From an uncultured Acidobacteriota bacterium (GTDB lineage Bacteria > Acidobacteriota > Blastocatellia > RBC074), in NCBI GenBank assembly GCA_963796275.1, contig CAWCKY010000004.1, positions 1,056,001 to 1,120,000 on the forward strand: DNA of 64,000 nt, read 5' to 3'. Shown here piece after piece: positions 35,625 through 46,596 of this stretch (the stretch's first letter is position 1; every line of letters starts with the position of its first letter). The notes beneath the pieces are model-generated. The model ran no database searches. It was not told where the DNA came from and worked only from the letters and a program-made list of their open reading frames with translations. Made by a program: the position numbers and the translations under genes.

Positions 35625-36695
35625 ATGAATACTTATCACATTGCGGTAATTGCCGGAGACGGCATCGGGCGGGAAGTAATTCCCGCCGGCATCAAAGTGC
35701 TCGAAGCGGCCGGCGCTCGCTTCGGATTTCAGTTTAAGTGGACACACTTTCCCTGGGGCTCTGATTATTATTTTGAGCACGGCGTTATGATGCCGGCGGA
35801 TGCGCTCGATCAACTGCGACCGCTCGACGCCATATATCTGGGCGCCGTCGGCGATCCGCGCTTACAGGACAACCTCACGCTGAACGGTCTGCTGCTACCG
35901 ATTCGACGCACCTTCGATCAGTACGCTTGCGTTCGGCCGGCTGTGCTTTATGAAGGTGCGCGCTCTCCGCTTGCCGGGAAGAAGGCCGGCCAGATCGATT
36001 TCACCGTGGTGCGCGAAAACACCGAAGGTGAATACACGCAGATCGGCGGAAATCTCTATACCGGGAGAGCGGAGGAAGTGGCGATTCAGACAGCCGTATT
36101 CACGCGACACGGGACCGAACGCGTGATCCGCTTTGCCTTTGACCTCGCTCGCAAACGGAACAAAAAGATGCGGCTGACCTCGGTGACGAAATCGAACGCA
36201 CAGGGTTTCAGCATGGCCTTCTGGGATCGCGTCTTCACCGAGGTCAGCCGGGAATACCCTGACATCAGTACGGAATCGCTGCTGGTCGATGCGGCTTGCA
36301 TGGATCTGGTGCGGCGGCCTGAGAGTTTCGATGTGATCGTCGCCTCGAACCTGTTCGGCGACATCCTGACAGACCTCAGCGCGATCATCACGGGTAGCCT
36401 CGGTCTGGCACCGAGCGCCAACCTCAATCCCGAAAAGAGATACCCATCGATGTTCGAACCCGTGCATGGCTCGGCTCCCGACATCGCTGGGCGAAACCTC
36501 GCCAATCCGCTTGCGACGATTCTGGCCGGCGCCATGATGCTCGACCACCTGGACGAAGCGGAGGCGGCGCGCAAAATAGAAGAGAGTGTAGCAAAGGTGC
36601 TCGCCTCAGGTGCCACACTGACGGCGGATTTGGGTGGGAAGGCTAAGACCGATGAGGTTGGGGCAGCAACGATCGCGCATTTCGAGGATGATTAA
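35625..36695 (+). CDS. Tartrate/D-malate dehydrogenase (isocitrate/isopropylmalate dehydrogenase family)
   Basis: GDGIGREV, RENTEGEY, TKSNA, SNLFGDILTDL, FEPVHGSAPDI. Confidence 0.88.
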   Translation: MNTYHIAVIAGDGIGREVIPAGIKVLEAAGARFGFQFKWTHFPWGSDYYFEHGVMMPADALDQLRPLDAIYLGAVGDPRLQDNLTLNGLLLPIRRTFDQYACVRPAVLYEGARSPLAGKKAGQIDFTVVRENTEGEYTQIGGNLYTGRAEEVAIQTAVFTRHGTERVIRFAFDLARKRNKKMRLTSVTKSNAQGFSMAFWDRVFTEVSREYPDISTESLLVDAACMDLVRRPESFDVIVASNLFGDILTDLSAIITGSLGLAPSANLNPEKRYPSMFEPVHGSAPDIAGRNLANPLATILAGAMMLDHLDEAEAARKIEESVAKVLASGATLTADLGGKAKTDEVGAATIAHFEDD

Positions 36696-36705
36696 AAGGA
36701 CAAAA

Positions 36706-36811
36706 GTCATTTTACATTTATCATTTTACATATGTCATTTGACATTAATTGCATCCTTCAGGGACGAACAAATGACAAATGACAAGTGTAAAATGATATA
36801 TGTAAAATGAA
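36706..36811. repeat. Inverted heptamer array (TCATTTN/ACATTTN)n...(AAATGAN/AAATGTN)n
   Basis: 7-bp periodic arms between convergent genes. Confidence 0.8.
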
Positions 36812-36835
36812 AGACGCGAATTCAGTGTTTATTTG

Positions 36836-37939
<1,104 letters not shown>

Positions 37940-37983
37940 TATGATTGAAGTGAATTTAACCCAAGCTGAAAAAGGATGCTATC

Positions 37984-39060
37984 GTGACCGGGCTTGATCT
38001 GCCAACTGCATATTACGTTTTCTTCGCTTTCCTCTTTGGCCTGCTGATCGGCAGCTTCCTCAACGTCGTGATACATCGCGTTCCCCTCGACGAATCGATC
38101 GTTTTTCCAGGATCGCACTGCCCGGGTTGCGGAAACTCGATTCGCGCGCTCGACAACATCCCGCTCATAAGCTACGCCCTCTTGCGCGGGCGATGTCGCT
38201 ACTGCCAGAGGAGAATCTCGCCGATCTATCCGTTTGTTGAAATCCTCACCGCGCTGCTTTTTTCGGCCATCATTTATAAAACCGGCCCAAATGGAAAGGC
38301 TCTGCTGGAAATGGCTTTCGCATCGATCATGCTCGCGTTAGTAATGATCGATGCCCGCCACCTGCTGCTGCCAAATATCATCACGTATCCCGGTTTCATC
38401 TTCGCCATGGCCGCGGCTACCGTGCGCGGCGGCCTGGGGATGAATGCGGGGGGCGATTTTGCTCTCATCACAACTAACCCGGGATTCGATCCCTTGCGCG
38501 CGGCATTCTTCGGCGGGCTGCTGCTCGCGCTCGCCGCAATTGGGTTCCGTCTACTCGATCGACTCGACCTGATTCTGTTTAATAAATACCTGGAATGGGC
38601 GGAGATGAATGCCGAGATTCCAGGCAACAGCGGCGCGGATGACCATGGCCGCAAAACTCGCGCGGCGGTGATTACCGGATTGTTGATCGCCGTCATCTGG
38701 GCAGTTACGACCATCACATTTTCCCCGAACGATCGATTTGATTGGGAAGAGGCTTACAATTCCTTGCTGTCTGCGAGCGTGGGGGCATTCATCGGGGGCG
38801 GACTGATCTGGGGGCTGCGCGCCGTCTATTTTTACGTTCGCGGAATCGAAGGGATGGGGCTGGGCGACATCAAGATGATGGCAATCTCCGGCGCATTTCT
38901 TGGTTGGCGCGGCGTGATCGGCGTGATGCTCATAAGCTCGATTCTCGGCGTGGCTGCGGGAGTAGTCCTCGCTTTCCGCAGCAAGCGGGGGATGGAAACA
39001 GCGGTGCCCTACGGAGTTTGTCTCGGGATTGCTTCGTTGATCGTGATGTTGATCTACTGA
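37984..39060 (+). CDS. pilD: Prepilin peptidase (A24A) with internal insertion
   Basis: [20 protein letters not shown] zinc cysteines, catalytic Asp motifs MIDARH and GMGLGDIK. Confidence 0.9.
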   Translation: MTGLDLPTAYYVFFAFLFGLLIGSFLNVVIHRVPLDESIVFPGSHCPGCGNSIRALDNIPLISYALLRGRCRYCQRRISPIYPFVEILTALLFSAIIYKTGPNGKALLEMAFASIMLALVMIDARHLLLPNIITYPGFIFAMAAATVRGGLGMNAGGDFALITTNPGFDPLRAAFFGGLLLALAAIGFRLLDRLDLILFNKYLEWAEMNAEIPGNSGADDHGRKTRAAVITGLLIAVIWAVTTITFSPNDRFDWEEAYNSLLSASVGAFIGGGLIWGLRAVYFYVRGIEGMGLGDIKMMAISGAFLGWRGVIGVMLISSILGVAAGVVLAFRSKRGMETAVPYGVCLGIASLIVMLIY

Positions 39061-39184
39061 TTCGGTTGTCGGTAGTCGGTTGTCAGTTGTCGGTCGGCGA
39101 TTCGTAGTTAACAAGTCATGGTCAACTAGCAAAACACTATGAGCAATTGATTGCGAACCGCCAACCGTCAACCGTCAACCGCCC
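39061..39184. repeat. Inverted heptamer array (CGGTTGT)n...(CAACCGT)n
   Basis: Arms start right after the stop codons of two convergent genes. Confidence 0.8.
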
Positions 39185-41596
39185 TCATTCGTGGCGTAGC
39201 GCCACCATCGGATCGACTTTTGACGCCCGCCGAGCCGGAATGTAGCAAGCCATAAGCGCCACGATGATCAGGACGAACGCGATACCGCCCATCGCCATCG
39301 GATCGCGCGTGGGCAATGTGGGGATCGCCGATGCCAGGAAACGCGCCACAGCATATGCGCCGCCGAATCCGAGCAGTGCGCCCAAGAAAATCAAGCGCGC
39401 TCCTTTTCCCAATACCAGCCGGAGCACGTCAATCGTTTGCGCACCGAGAGCCCTGCGAATCCCGATTTCGCCCGTGCGTTGGATGACGGAATATGAGATC
39501 ACCCCGTAAATTCCGATGGCGGCCAGTGCCAGTCCGAGCGCGGCAAACGCGCCGAGCAGAGAACCGAGGAGCGAGACGGATCCCAGGCTCTGCACCACGA
39601 TGCTGCGCGCAGTTCGGATCTGATACGCCGGCAGAGCGGGGTCCACTTCGGCGACGGCGCTGCGTAAGGCGCTCATAATTGCCTCCGGCGCAGCGGAGGT
39701 ACGCAAAAAGATGTGGTTAAATCCCCACGGTTGCTGCGCCAGCGGCCGGAACGATTGAAAACGCGTGTAGGGTTCACCCAGGCTTGCAGGGAAACTCACG
39801 TCGTTCACAACTCCTACGATCTCCACCCAGGTCGGGTTTTGCCCCTGGCCGGCAATGCGTTTGCCGACCGCACTTTCACCCGGCCAGAAGTGCCGCGCCG
39901 TGGTTTCGTTGATGATGGCAACCGGGGGCCGTTCAGCGGCGTCTGCGACCGTGAAGAGGCGGCCTTCCAGCAGCCGAATCCCGAAAGTCTCGAAATATCG
40001 CGTGCTCACCGGTTCCTGGAAGATTTCGGGCCACTGCCCCGGCCGCGGCTCAGGCCGCCCTTCGATCCTGAAACCTGTGCTGGAGTAAAATGACCAGACA
40101 GGTTGCGAGTTGGAGAGCGCTACATGCTGAACGCCGGGGAGCGCCGCCAGCCGTTCTTCAAGCCGCTTATGGAAGTTTCGTTTCTGATCGTCACTCCGAT
40201 AATTGTCGCCCTGCAGGCTGATTTGTGCCGTCACCAGTCCATCCAGGCGCCAGCCGGGATCGAGATTGATGAATCGTTGCAACCCGCGCAGAAATAGACC
40301 CGCCCCCGTCAGCAATACCAGCGCGAATGCGACTTCACCGACAATCAGCGCGCTCCGCAAGCGCTGGTGCGATCGGCCCGCGCTCGATCCGCGCGCGTTC
40401 TCCCTCAGCGCCTGGTTAACATCCGCGCGCGAAGCCAGCCAGGCCGGCACTGTGCCGAAGAGCAAACCGGTCAGCAGCGAACAGAGCAAGGCGAAGCCGA
40501 AGACCTTGAAATCGAGCGTTACTTCCGCGCCGGGCAACTCGCTAAAGAGACGACTGCTGATAAAACTTATTCCCGACAGCGCCAGCAAGAAGCTCAGTGC
40601 GCCGCCAATGAGGGCGATCATCAAACTTTCAATGAGCGATTGCCGGAGCAGACGAATGCGTCCGGCGCCGAGCGCGGCTCGCACGGAAAACTCGCGTGTG
40701 CGTGCTGCAGTACGGGCGAGTTGGAGATTGGCGATGTTGGCGCAGGCGATAAGCAGTACGAACCCGGCCAGGCCGAAAGTGAACCACATAACCTTCCGCC
40801 CGATCTCATCCGAGATAGACTGCTGCAGTGGTTCGAGTCGCAAGCTCTCGTTCTGGTTGCGCCCGGACTCTTGGGAGATGTTAGCGGCGAGCGTCTTCAT
40901 CGCCTGATCGGCCTGCTCGATCGTCACGCCGGGTTTCAGACGCGCGAAGGATGCCAGCCAGTTATTGTTGCGGTTCCGGCGCTCCTCCGCGTTGAACGAC
41001 AGGGGCCGCCACACATCGACCGTGCCCCACAACAGCGGATGATCGAAACCCGGAGGCATCACACCGATGACCTTTACATCCAGTCCATCCATCTTCAGCG
41101 TACGACCCAAAGCGTTAGCGTCGCCGCCGAATCGGCGCAGCCAGAAACGATCGCTCAGTACGACGACACGGTCGGCGCCCGCCTCATGCTCTTCGGGAGT
41201 GAAGGTGCGACCCAGTGCCGGCTGAATACCCAACGCCGGAAAGAAATCGGCGGTGGCGGCGATGCCCTGCAAGCGCTCGGCCGGCTCTCCCGGATTTGCG
41301 AGATTGGGACCTATATTGGTAAAGGCGACCATCTTATCGAAGGCGTTGTTCTTCTCGCGAAAATCGAAGAAGTTCCCCTGCGAATGCGGCCAGCTCTGCG
41401 AATGAATCGAAGTACGATAGACCCGCACCAACCCATCCGATTGCGGATACGGAAGCGCGCGAAACAGATATGTATTGAGCACGCTGAACATCGCAGTGTT
41501 GGCTCCGATGCCGAGCGCGAGGGTGAGCACGGCTACAATGGCAAAGCCTTTATCCTTGAGCAGCATTCGTATGCCAAATCGCAGGTCTTGCAACAT
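39185..41596 (-). CDS. ADOP-type duplicated ABC permease (MacB/FtsX domains)
   Basis: MLQDLRFGIRML..LALGIGANTA, LLIACANIANL, REFSVRAALGA, IPARRASKVDPMVALRHE. Confidence 0.93.
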   Translation of the reverse strand: MLQDLRFGIRMLLKDKGFAIVAVLTLALGIGANTAMFSVLNTYLFRALPYPQSDGLVRVYRTSIHSQSWPHSQGNFFDFREKNNAFDKMVAFTNIGPNLANPGEPAERLQGIAATADFFPALGIQPALGRTFTPEEHEAGADRVVVLSDRFWLRRFGGDANALGRTLKMDGLDVKVIGVMPPGFDHPLLWGTVDVWRPLSFNAEERRNRNNNWLASFARLKPGVTIEQADQAMKTLAANISQESGRNQNESLRLEPLQQSISDEIGRKVMWFTFGLAGFVLLIACANIANLQLARTAARTREFSVRAALGAGRIRLLRQSLIESLMIALIGGALSFLLALSGISFISSRLFSELPGAEVTLDFKVFGFALLCSLLTGLLFGTVPAWLASRADVNQALRENARGSSAGRSHQRLRSALIVGEVAFALVLLTGAGLFLRGLQRFINLDPGWRLDGLVTAQISLQGDNYRSDDQKRNFHKRLEERLAALPGVQHVALSNSQPVWSFYSSTGFRIEGRPEPRPGQWPEIFQEPVSTRYFETFGIRLLEGRLFTVADAAERPPVAIINETTARHFWPGESAVGKRIAGQGQNPTWVEIVGVVNDVSFPASLGEPYTRFQSFRPLAQQPWGFNHIFLRTSAAPEAIMSALRSAVAEVDPALPAYQIRTARSIVVQSLGSVSLLGSLLGAFAALGLALAAIGIYGVISYSVIQRTGEIGIRRALGAQTIDVLRLVLGKGARLIFLGALLGFGGAYAVARFLASAIPTLPTRDPMAMGGIAFVLIIVALMACYIPARRASKVDPMVALRHE

Positions 41597-41810
41597 AAAA
41601 ATTTTAGATTTTAGATTTTAGTTTTAAAATTTTAGATTTAAAATTTTATCCTTGAGCAGCATCCGTAGGCTAAATCGCAGGTCTTGCAACTTATCTCACT
41701 CCAAGAGACGAAAATTTAGATTTTAGATTTAGATTTAGATTTAGATTTAGATTTAGATTTAGATTTAAAATCTAAAATCTAAAATCTAAAATCTAAAATC
41801 TAAAATTTTC
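41597..41810. repeat. Heptamer/hexamer arrays (TTTTAGA)/(TTTAGA)n...(TCTAAAA)n enclosing a 46-bp duplicate of the permease 5' end
   Basis: 41549-41594 vs 41645-41690 identical at 43/46. Confidence 0.88.
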
Positions 41811-41820
41811 AGGTTTTGAA

Positions 41821-43287
41821 TCACAACGGCAACCTCAAACTAGCCTTAACTCCATTTCCGTTCACGCGGTTTTCCAGCATCAGCATCCCGCCGTGTCCCT
41901 CTGCGATCTGCCTGCTGAGCGCCAGGCCTATGCCGGAACCGCCGGGCTTCGTGGTGAAGAACGGCACGAATAGGTTGGATGTGTTGGACAGTCCCGGCCC
42001 CTCATCTTCAACCAGGACTTCGAGGTAGCCATTGACGGCGTGCCAGCTCACGAGCACCTCGCCGGCGGTTTCGCTCGCCGCGTCAACCGCATTACGCACG
42101 AGATTGATGAGCACCTGTTCGAGTTGATCTCGATCACCCTGAATCATCAATTCTGGGCCGGGGAGAAGATTGATCTTCATCCGCGTCTCCAGCCCCACTA
42201 CCTGCCGCACCCAGAAACCGATCTCTATCGGCTTCAATTCGGGTCGCGGGAGCTTAGCGAGCTTCGCGTATGCCGTCATAAAACGATTTAAGGCTTCGGC
42301 GCGCGCGGCGATTACGGCCAGCCCGCTTTGTACGTCCTCTTCCCAATCGGGCGGGCGCGGAGCGCGTGAAAAAAGGTTTTCCAGACTGCCCGCGATCGAT
42401 TTGATGGGCGCCAGCGAATTGTTGAGCTCATGGCCGATGACGCGGACGAGGCGCTGCCATGCGAGCCTCTCTTCTTCGCGCAATGCCCTGCTGAGGTCGG
42501 CCAGGACCACCAGTTGATGCGGCTTTCCTCCCTCGCGAAAGGTGCTGCGCCGCATTCCCCAGCGCCCGAAGCCTCCGGGAAAGGAGCGCTGCAATGTCCT
42601 CGCCTGGTCGCCTTCCAGACAATCGTCCATGTGTAATTCTTCGGCAGTGCGACCGAGCAGTTGCTCCGCCGGGCGATCGAGCAACTTCTCTCCCGCGCGA
42701 TTGACCAGACGCAGCCGGCGATCGCTGTCGAAGGCGAAGATGGCGACCTCGATTTCAGCCATCACCGTTCGCAAAAGCGCTGTCGCCTCCATGGCCCCGA
42801 GCCTTTGTGTGCGCAGGGTCGAACTCAGCGCGTTGATTTCACGGACGACATCTCCCAGCGGATCATCGTTCTTCGCGGCGCGGCCGCGGATCGAGTAGTC
42901 TCCTTCGCGCAGCGCGGCAAGCAGGTTCGAGAGAGTCTGCAGGGGCATCACCACCTTTTCGCGCAGGGCGAACGCACATCCGAGCCAGAAACTGAGAATT
43001 AAAACGGTGAATGTCCATTGCTCCTTCGGCTCGAATTCGCCGGTCCAGAGAAGATAGAGAGCCACGGTGGCCCCGGGCAGGCCGGTGAAGAAGGCCAGAA
43101 ACCAGATGCGCAGATCGTAGTTGATCGCCTGTGGATGAAAAGGCCGCGGGAGCGGTTTGACTTTTATCTCGGGTGAATCGAGTGCGAGCAGATGCGGGCG
43201 GCGAGCAGGTGCCGGGTTTCTGCTCTCGCTTTGTGCCGGTCTCTCCGGCTCGTACTCGCCGAAGATCCGCAGGCCCAAGATCTTCAT
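41821..43287 (-). CDS. Sensor histidine kinase (2 TM, HAMP-like, PAS)
   Basis: HELNNSL, NLVRNA, DEGPG, FFTTKPGGSGIGL. Confidence 0.93.
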   Translation of the reverse strand: MKILGLRIFGEYEPERPAQSESRNPAPARRPHLLALDSPEIKVKPLPRPFHPQAINYDLRIWFLAFFTGLPGATVALYLLWTGEFEPKEQWTFTVLILSFWLGCAFALREKVVMPLQTLSNLLAALREGDYSIRGRAAKNDDPLGDVVREINALSSTLRTQRLGAMEATALLRTVMAEIEVAIFAFDSDRRLRLVNRAGEKLLDRPAEQLLGRTAEELHMDDCLEGDQARTLQRSFPGGFGRWGMRRSTFREGGKPHQLVVLADLSRALREEERLAWQRLVRVIGHELNNSLAPIKSIAGSLENLFSRAPRPPDWEEDVQSGLAVIAARAEALNRFMTAYAKLAKLPRPELKPIEIGFWVRQVVGLETRMKINLLPGPELMIQGDRDQLEQVLINLVRNAVDAASETAGEVLVSWHAVNGYLEVLVEDEGPGLSNTSNLFVPFFTTKPGGSGIGLALSRQIAEGHGGMLMLENRVNGNGVKASLRLPL

Positions 43288-44648
43288 AATCCGAACTTCT
43301 CTAGGCGGCGATAGAGCGCGCTGCGGCTCAGTCCTAGCGCGTCAGCCGCTTTGCTCACGTTTCCGTCAAACCGGGCGAGCGTCTTTTTGATGAGGAAACA
43401 TTCGACCTCTTCCAGATTCATGTCCTCAAGACGCGGCGAGCTGTCATGACCCTGATTCAACCCGAGGTCGCCCGTCTTCACAATCGTCCCTTGCGCCATC
43501 AGGACCGCGCGTTCGATCGAGTGATCGAGCTCGCGTACGTTGCCGTGCCACGTATGCGTGGTCAGTGCATGAATCGCCGGCTGATCGAAGCTGGTCACCA
43601 GCTTGCGATACCGCGCTGCGTGCTGCCGCAGGAAATGCGCAGCAATCAGCGGTATGTCCTCTTTCCGGTCGCGCAAGGGCGGCAGACGAATTTCAACAGT
43701 ATTTAATCGGAAAAGCAAATCCTGGCGGAAGCGCCCGGCAGCCACCTCCGTGTAGAGGTCGGAATTGGTGGCCGAGATGATCCGGACATTTACTTTGCGC
43801 GTCTTCGATGAACCGACCCGCTCGAACTCGCCGGTTTCGAGGACGCGCAGCAGCTTGGCCTGCTGAGGCAGGGTGATATTGGCGATCTCATCCAAAAATA
43901 GGGTGCCTTCATCGGCCAGTTCGAACCGCCCGACGCGGTCCGTCTTGGCATCCGTGAATGCCCCCTTGATGTGTCCGAAGAGCTCGCTCTCGAAGACTCC
44001 TTCCGAAAGGCCGCCGGCGTTTACGGTCACCAGCGGCCTCAACGATCTGTGTGAGATCGAATGCAGGACGTTGGCGACCACGCCCTTGCCGGTCCCGTTC
44101 TCGCCGGTGATCATAACGTTGGCATCCGATGGGCCGACGCGCGCGATGACCTGCAGTACGGGTTGCATCGTCGGAGATTCGGCGATCAGCTTGGTGCGGC
44201 TCTCGTCGCGCAGCAATTGGTTCTCCGCTTCCAGCCGCTCGCCTTTGCGAAGCGCTTTGCTCAGCTCGGCCTGAGTCCGCAGGATGGTGATCAGGCGCTC
44301 GTTCTCCCAGGGCTTCTGTACGAAGTCGCGCGCGCCGCGCCGCATCGCCTCGACCGCCAGACCGACGCTTCCCCAGGCGGTCATGACTACGACCGGCAGG
44401 CTCGCGTCTATCGCCTGAATATTCGTAATCAGATCGAGCCCTTCCTGTCCCGATGTCGTATCGCGTGTGTAGTTCAGATCAATCAACGCGACATCGAAAT
44501 CTCGCGCTTCAACCACAGATAGCGCCTGCTCGGGCGAAGTCACGGTTTCGATCTGCAATCCTTCGGCCTTGAGCAGCAGGCGCAGCGCTTCGATCACGTC
44601 GAGCTGATCATCGGCAATCAGAACTTTTGGAATTGATGAGAGATTCAT
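43284..44648 (-). CDS. sigma54-dependent response regulator (NtrC/AtoC family, GAFTDA variant)
   Basis: Receiver domain, GENGTGK, ESELFGH, GAFTDA, RFRQDLLFRL, WHGNVREL, Fis-type HTH. Confidence 0.95.
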   Translation of the reverse strand: MNLSSIPKVLIADDQLDVIEALRLLLKAEGLQIETVTSPEQALSVVEARDFDVALIDLNYTRDTTSGQEGLDLITNIQAIDASLPVVVMTAWGSVGLAVEAMRRGARDFVQKPWENERLITILRTQAELSKALRKGERLEAENQLLRDESRTKLIAESPTMQPVLQVIARVGPSDANVMITGENGTGKGVVANVLHSISHRSLRPLVTVNAGGLSEGVFESELFGHIKGAFTDAKTDRVGRFELADEGTLFLDEIANITLPQQAKLLRVLETGEFERVGSSKTRKVNVRIISATNSDLYTEVAAGRFRQDLLFRLNTVEIRLPPLRDRKEDIPLIAAHFLRQHAARYRKLVTSFDQPAIHALTTHTWHGNVRELDHSIERAVLMAQGTIVKTGDLGLNQGHDSSPRLEDMNLEEVECFLIKKTLARFDGNVSKAADALGLSRSALYRRLEKFGL

Positions 44649-44765
44649 TGGAGTCTAACAACCATTCAATGGAATACAGAAAACCCAAAAGGGCTGGAAT
44701 TCTCAGAAGACAAAAAAAGACCGGAATTTACGTATTTTTCACCCTTCGCTATCTCTCCCACTTCC

Positions 44766-45431
44766 TCACTCTTTTACCAACCAGCCATCGGCGAGATTTA
44801 TGACCCGATTGCCGTATGTCGCGTTCACCTCGGAATGCGTCACCTGTATGATCGTCGTTCCTTCGTTATTCAACTTCTTGAACAACTCCATGATTTCTTT
44901 ACCCTGGCTCGAATGCAGGTTCCCGGTCGGTTCGTCCGCCAGTATCACTTTCGGATTGGCGATCACGGCGCGCGCTACGCCGACCAGCTGTTGTTGCCCG
45001 CCCGACAATTGGTTGGGATAGAGGTCCTTCTTCCCCACTATCTGAAATCTGTCGAGTATGTCGGCCACCGTCGATTCGCGCTCCGACTTTTTTACGTCGC
45101 GGTATGAAAGCGGTATCTCCAGATTCTCATAGACCGTCAGATGATCGAGCAGGTGATAACTCTGAAATACGAATCCGATGTTTCTATTGCGCAAACTGGC
45201 GCGGTCCTTCGCGCTCATTTTATGAACGGGGTGATCCATAAAGTAATACTCGCCGCTCCAGCCGCTGTCGTGCATGCCCAGGATGTGCAACAAAGTGGAT
45301 TTGCCGGCGCCCGAGGGCCCCATAATCGAGATGAATTCGCCATTTTTTATATCGACCGCGATTCTACGCAGCACGAAAAATTTCTGTACCCCCTGCTGAA
45401 AATACTTCTCGACATTTTCCAGTTGGATCAT
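44766..45431 (-). CDS. ABC transporter ATP-binding protein (MacB/LolD-like)
   Basis: GPSGAGKST, LSGGQQQ, ADEPTGNL. Confidence 0.94.
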   Translation of the reverse strand: MIQLENVEKYFQQGVQKFFVLRRIAVDIKNGEFISIMGPSGAGKSTLLHILGMHDSGWSGEYYFMDHPVHKMSAKDRASLRNRNIGFVFQSYHLLDHLTVYENLEIPLSYRDVKKSERESTVADILDRFQIVGKKDLYPNQLSGGQQQLVGVARAVIANPKVILADEPTGNLHSSQGKEIMELFKKLNNEGTTIIQVTHSEVNATYGNRVINLADGWLVKE

Positions 45432-45505
45432 GATTCAACCCCTGTTCTGATTCGTTGGCTTCTCAGCTTTCACAATTGTGTAGTTAGTATTCCTGTTTAA
45501 TCGGC

Positions 45506-45631
45506 TTCAATCTGCGTGCCAAAAAAATACGCGATACAAGTCATTTATTGGCGTAGGTTGATCATAATTCAGGAGGTTGGTTTAAACCAGAGATGTTCGA
45601 TTTTGGGAAAAAATATTCCCAATAACGGAGA
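45506..45631 (-). promoter_or_regulatory. sigma54 promoter with upstream activator site
   Basis: Minus strand TGGCACGCAGATTGAA (45521-45506); site TGTTCGATTTTGGGAAAAAATATTCCCAA (45594-45622), shared with 48041-48069. Confidence 0.7.
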
Positions 45632-45665
45632 GAGATGAGTGTCCGGTAATCAGAACCCGGCAATA

Positions 45666-45730
45666 AAACCACAAAAAGACAAAGGGGAGAAGGAGATGGC
45701 CATTCTTCGCGTCATTTGTCTTTTGTGGTA
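45666..45730. repeat. 9-mer-type inverted repeat element
   Basis: ACCACAAAAAGACAAA / TTTGTCTTTTGTGGT. Confidence 0.65.
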
Positions 45731-45751
45731 ATTGCGATGAATTTCTCCGCT

Positions 45752-46453
45752 TCACGCGGTGACTTCTTGTTTATGGTCTTCCTCGACAACGCGACCGTCA
45801 AACAAATGGATCGAACGATCGGCATGGCGAGCGAACCGAGCATCGTGAGTGACCATGCAGATCGTTGCGCCGCCTCGATGAAGCTCGCGTAGGAGTTCCA
45901 TGACCGCCTCGCCATTGGTCGAATCGAGATTTCCGGTCGGCTCGTCCGCCAGCAAGATCAGAGGCTCTCCTCCGACCGCGCGGGCGACTGCGACACGTTG
46001 TTGTTGACCTCCGGAGAGCTGTGAAGGCAAATGCTTCGCGCGATGCGCCATGCCTACTTTCTCCAGCGCCGCGTTGACGCGCTGCTTGCGTTCGGCCGAG
46101 CTCATTCCGCGGTAAGTGAGAGGCAGTTCGACGTTCTCATAGACCGTCAAATCACCAATGAGATTGAAGCTCTGGAAGATGAATCCGATCTCGCGATTGC
46201 GAATGCGGGCTCGCTCCGAAAGATTCAGGCCCTGAACCGGCTTGCTGTTGAGGAAATAGCTGCCTTCAGTGGGTGAGTCCAGTAAGCCCAGAATCGAAAG
46301 CAGCGTTGATTTTCCACACCCGGATGGACCGGCGATCGAGACATATTCTCCCTGGCCGATCTCTAAGTGTATTCCTGAGAGAGCGTGCGTTTCGACCTCA
46401 TCGGTGTAAAAAACCTTCGTCACAGCTTCCATTCGCAACAGGGGTTCGCTCAT
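45752..46453 (-). CDS. ABC transporter ATP-binding protein (MacB/LolD-like)
   Basis: GPSGCGKST, LSGGQQQRVA, ADEPTGNLD. Confidence 0.95.
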   Translation of the reverse strand: MSEPLLRMEAVTKVFYTDEVETHALSGIHLEIGQGEYVSIAGPSGCGKSTLLSILGLLDSPTEGSYFLNSKPVQGLNLSERARIRNREIGFIFQSFNLIGDLTVYENVELPLTYRGMSSAERKQRVNAALEKVGMAHRAKHLPSQLSGGQQQRVAVARAVGGEPLILLADEPTGNLDSTNGEAVMELLRELHRGGATICMVTHDARFARHADRSIHLFDGRVVEEDHKQEVTA

Positions 46454-46596
46454 TTTTATCTCCTCTGGATATGTACTGTTGGTATCTAACCTGCGGATGA
46501 CTCGTTAAATGAGTCGTTCAATTACCACCAGGTAGTTGTTACGGGAGCCATCCGCAAGCTGGCCCTGCGGAACATTGCTCGCCTTTGTTTATGGAT

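Noticed and set aside
40367-41614. 415-aa plus-strand ORF and similar long antisense ORFs (e.g. 4128-5039, 58222-59118 alternate frame)
   Set aside because: Shadow ORFs of well-supported genes in GC-rich codon context; no motifs
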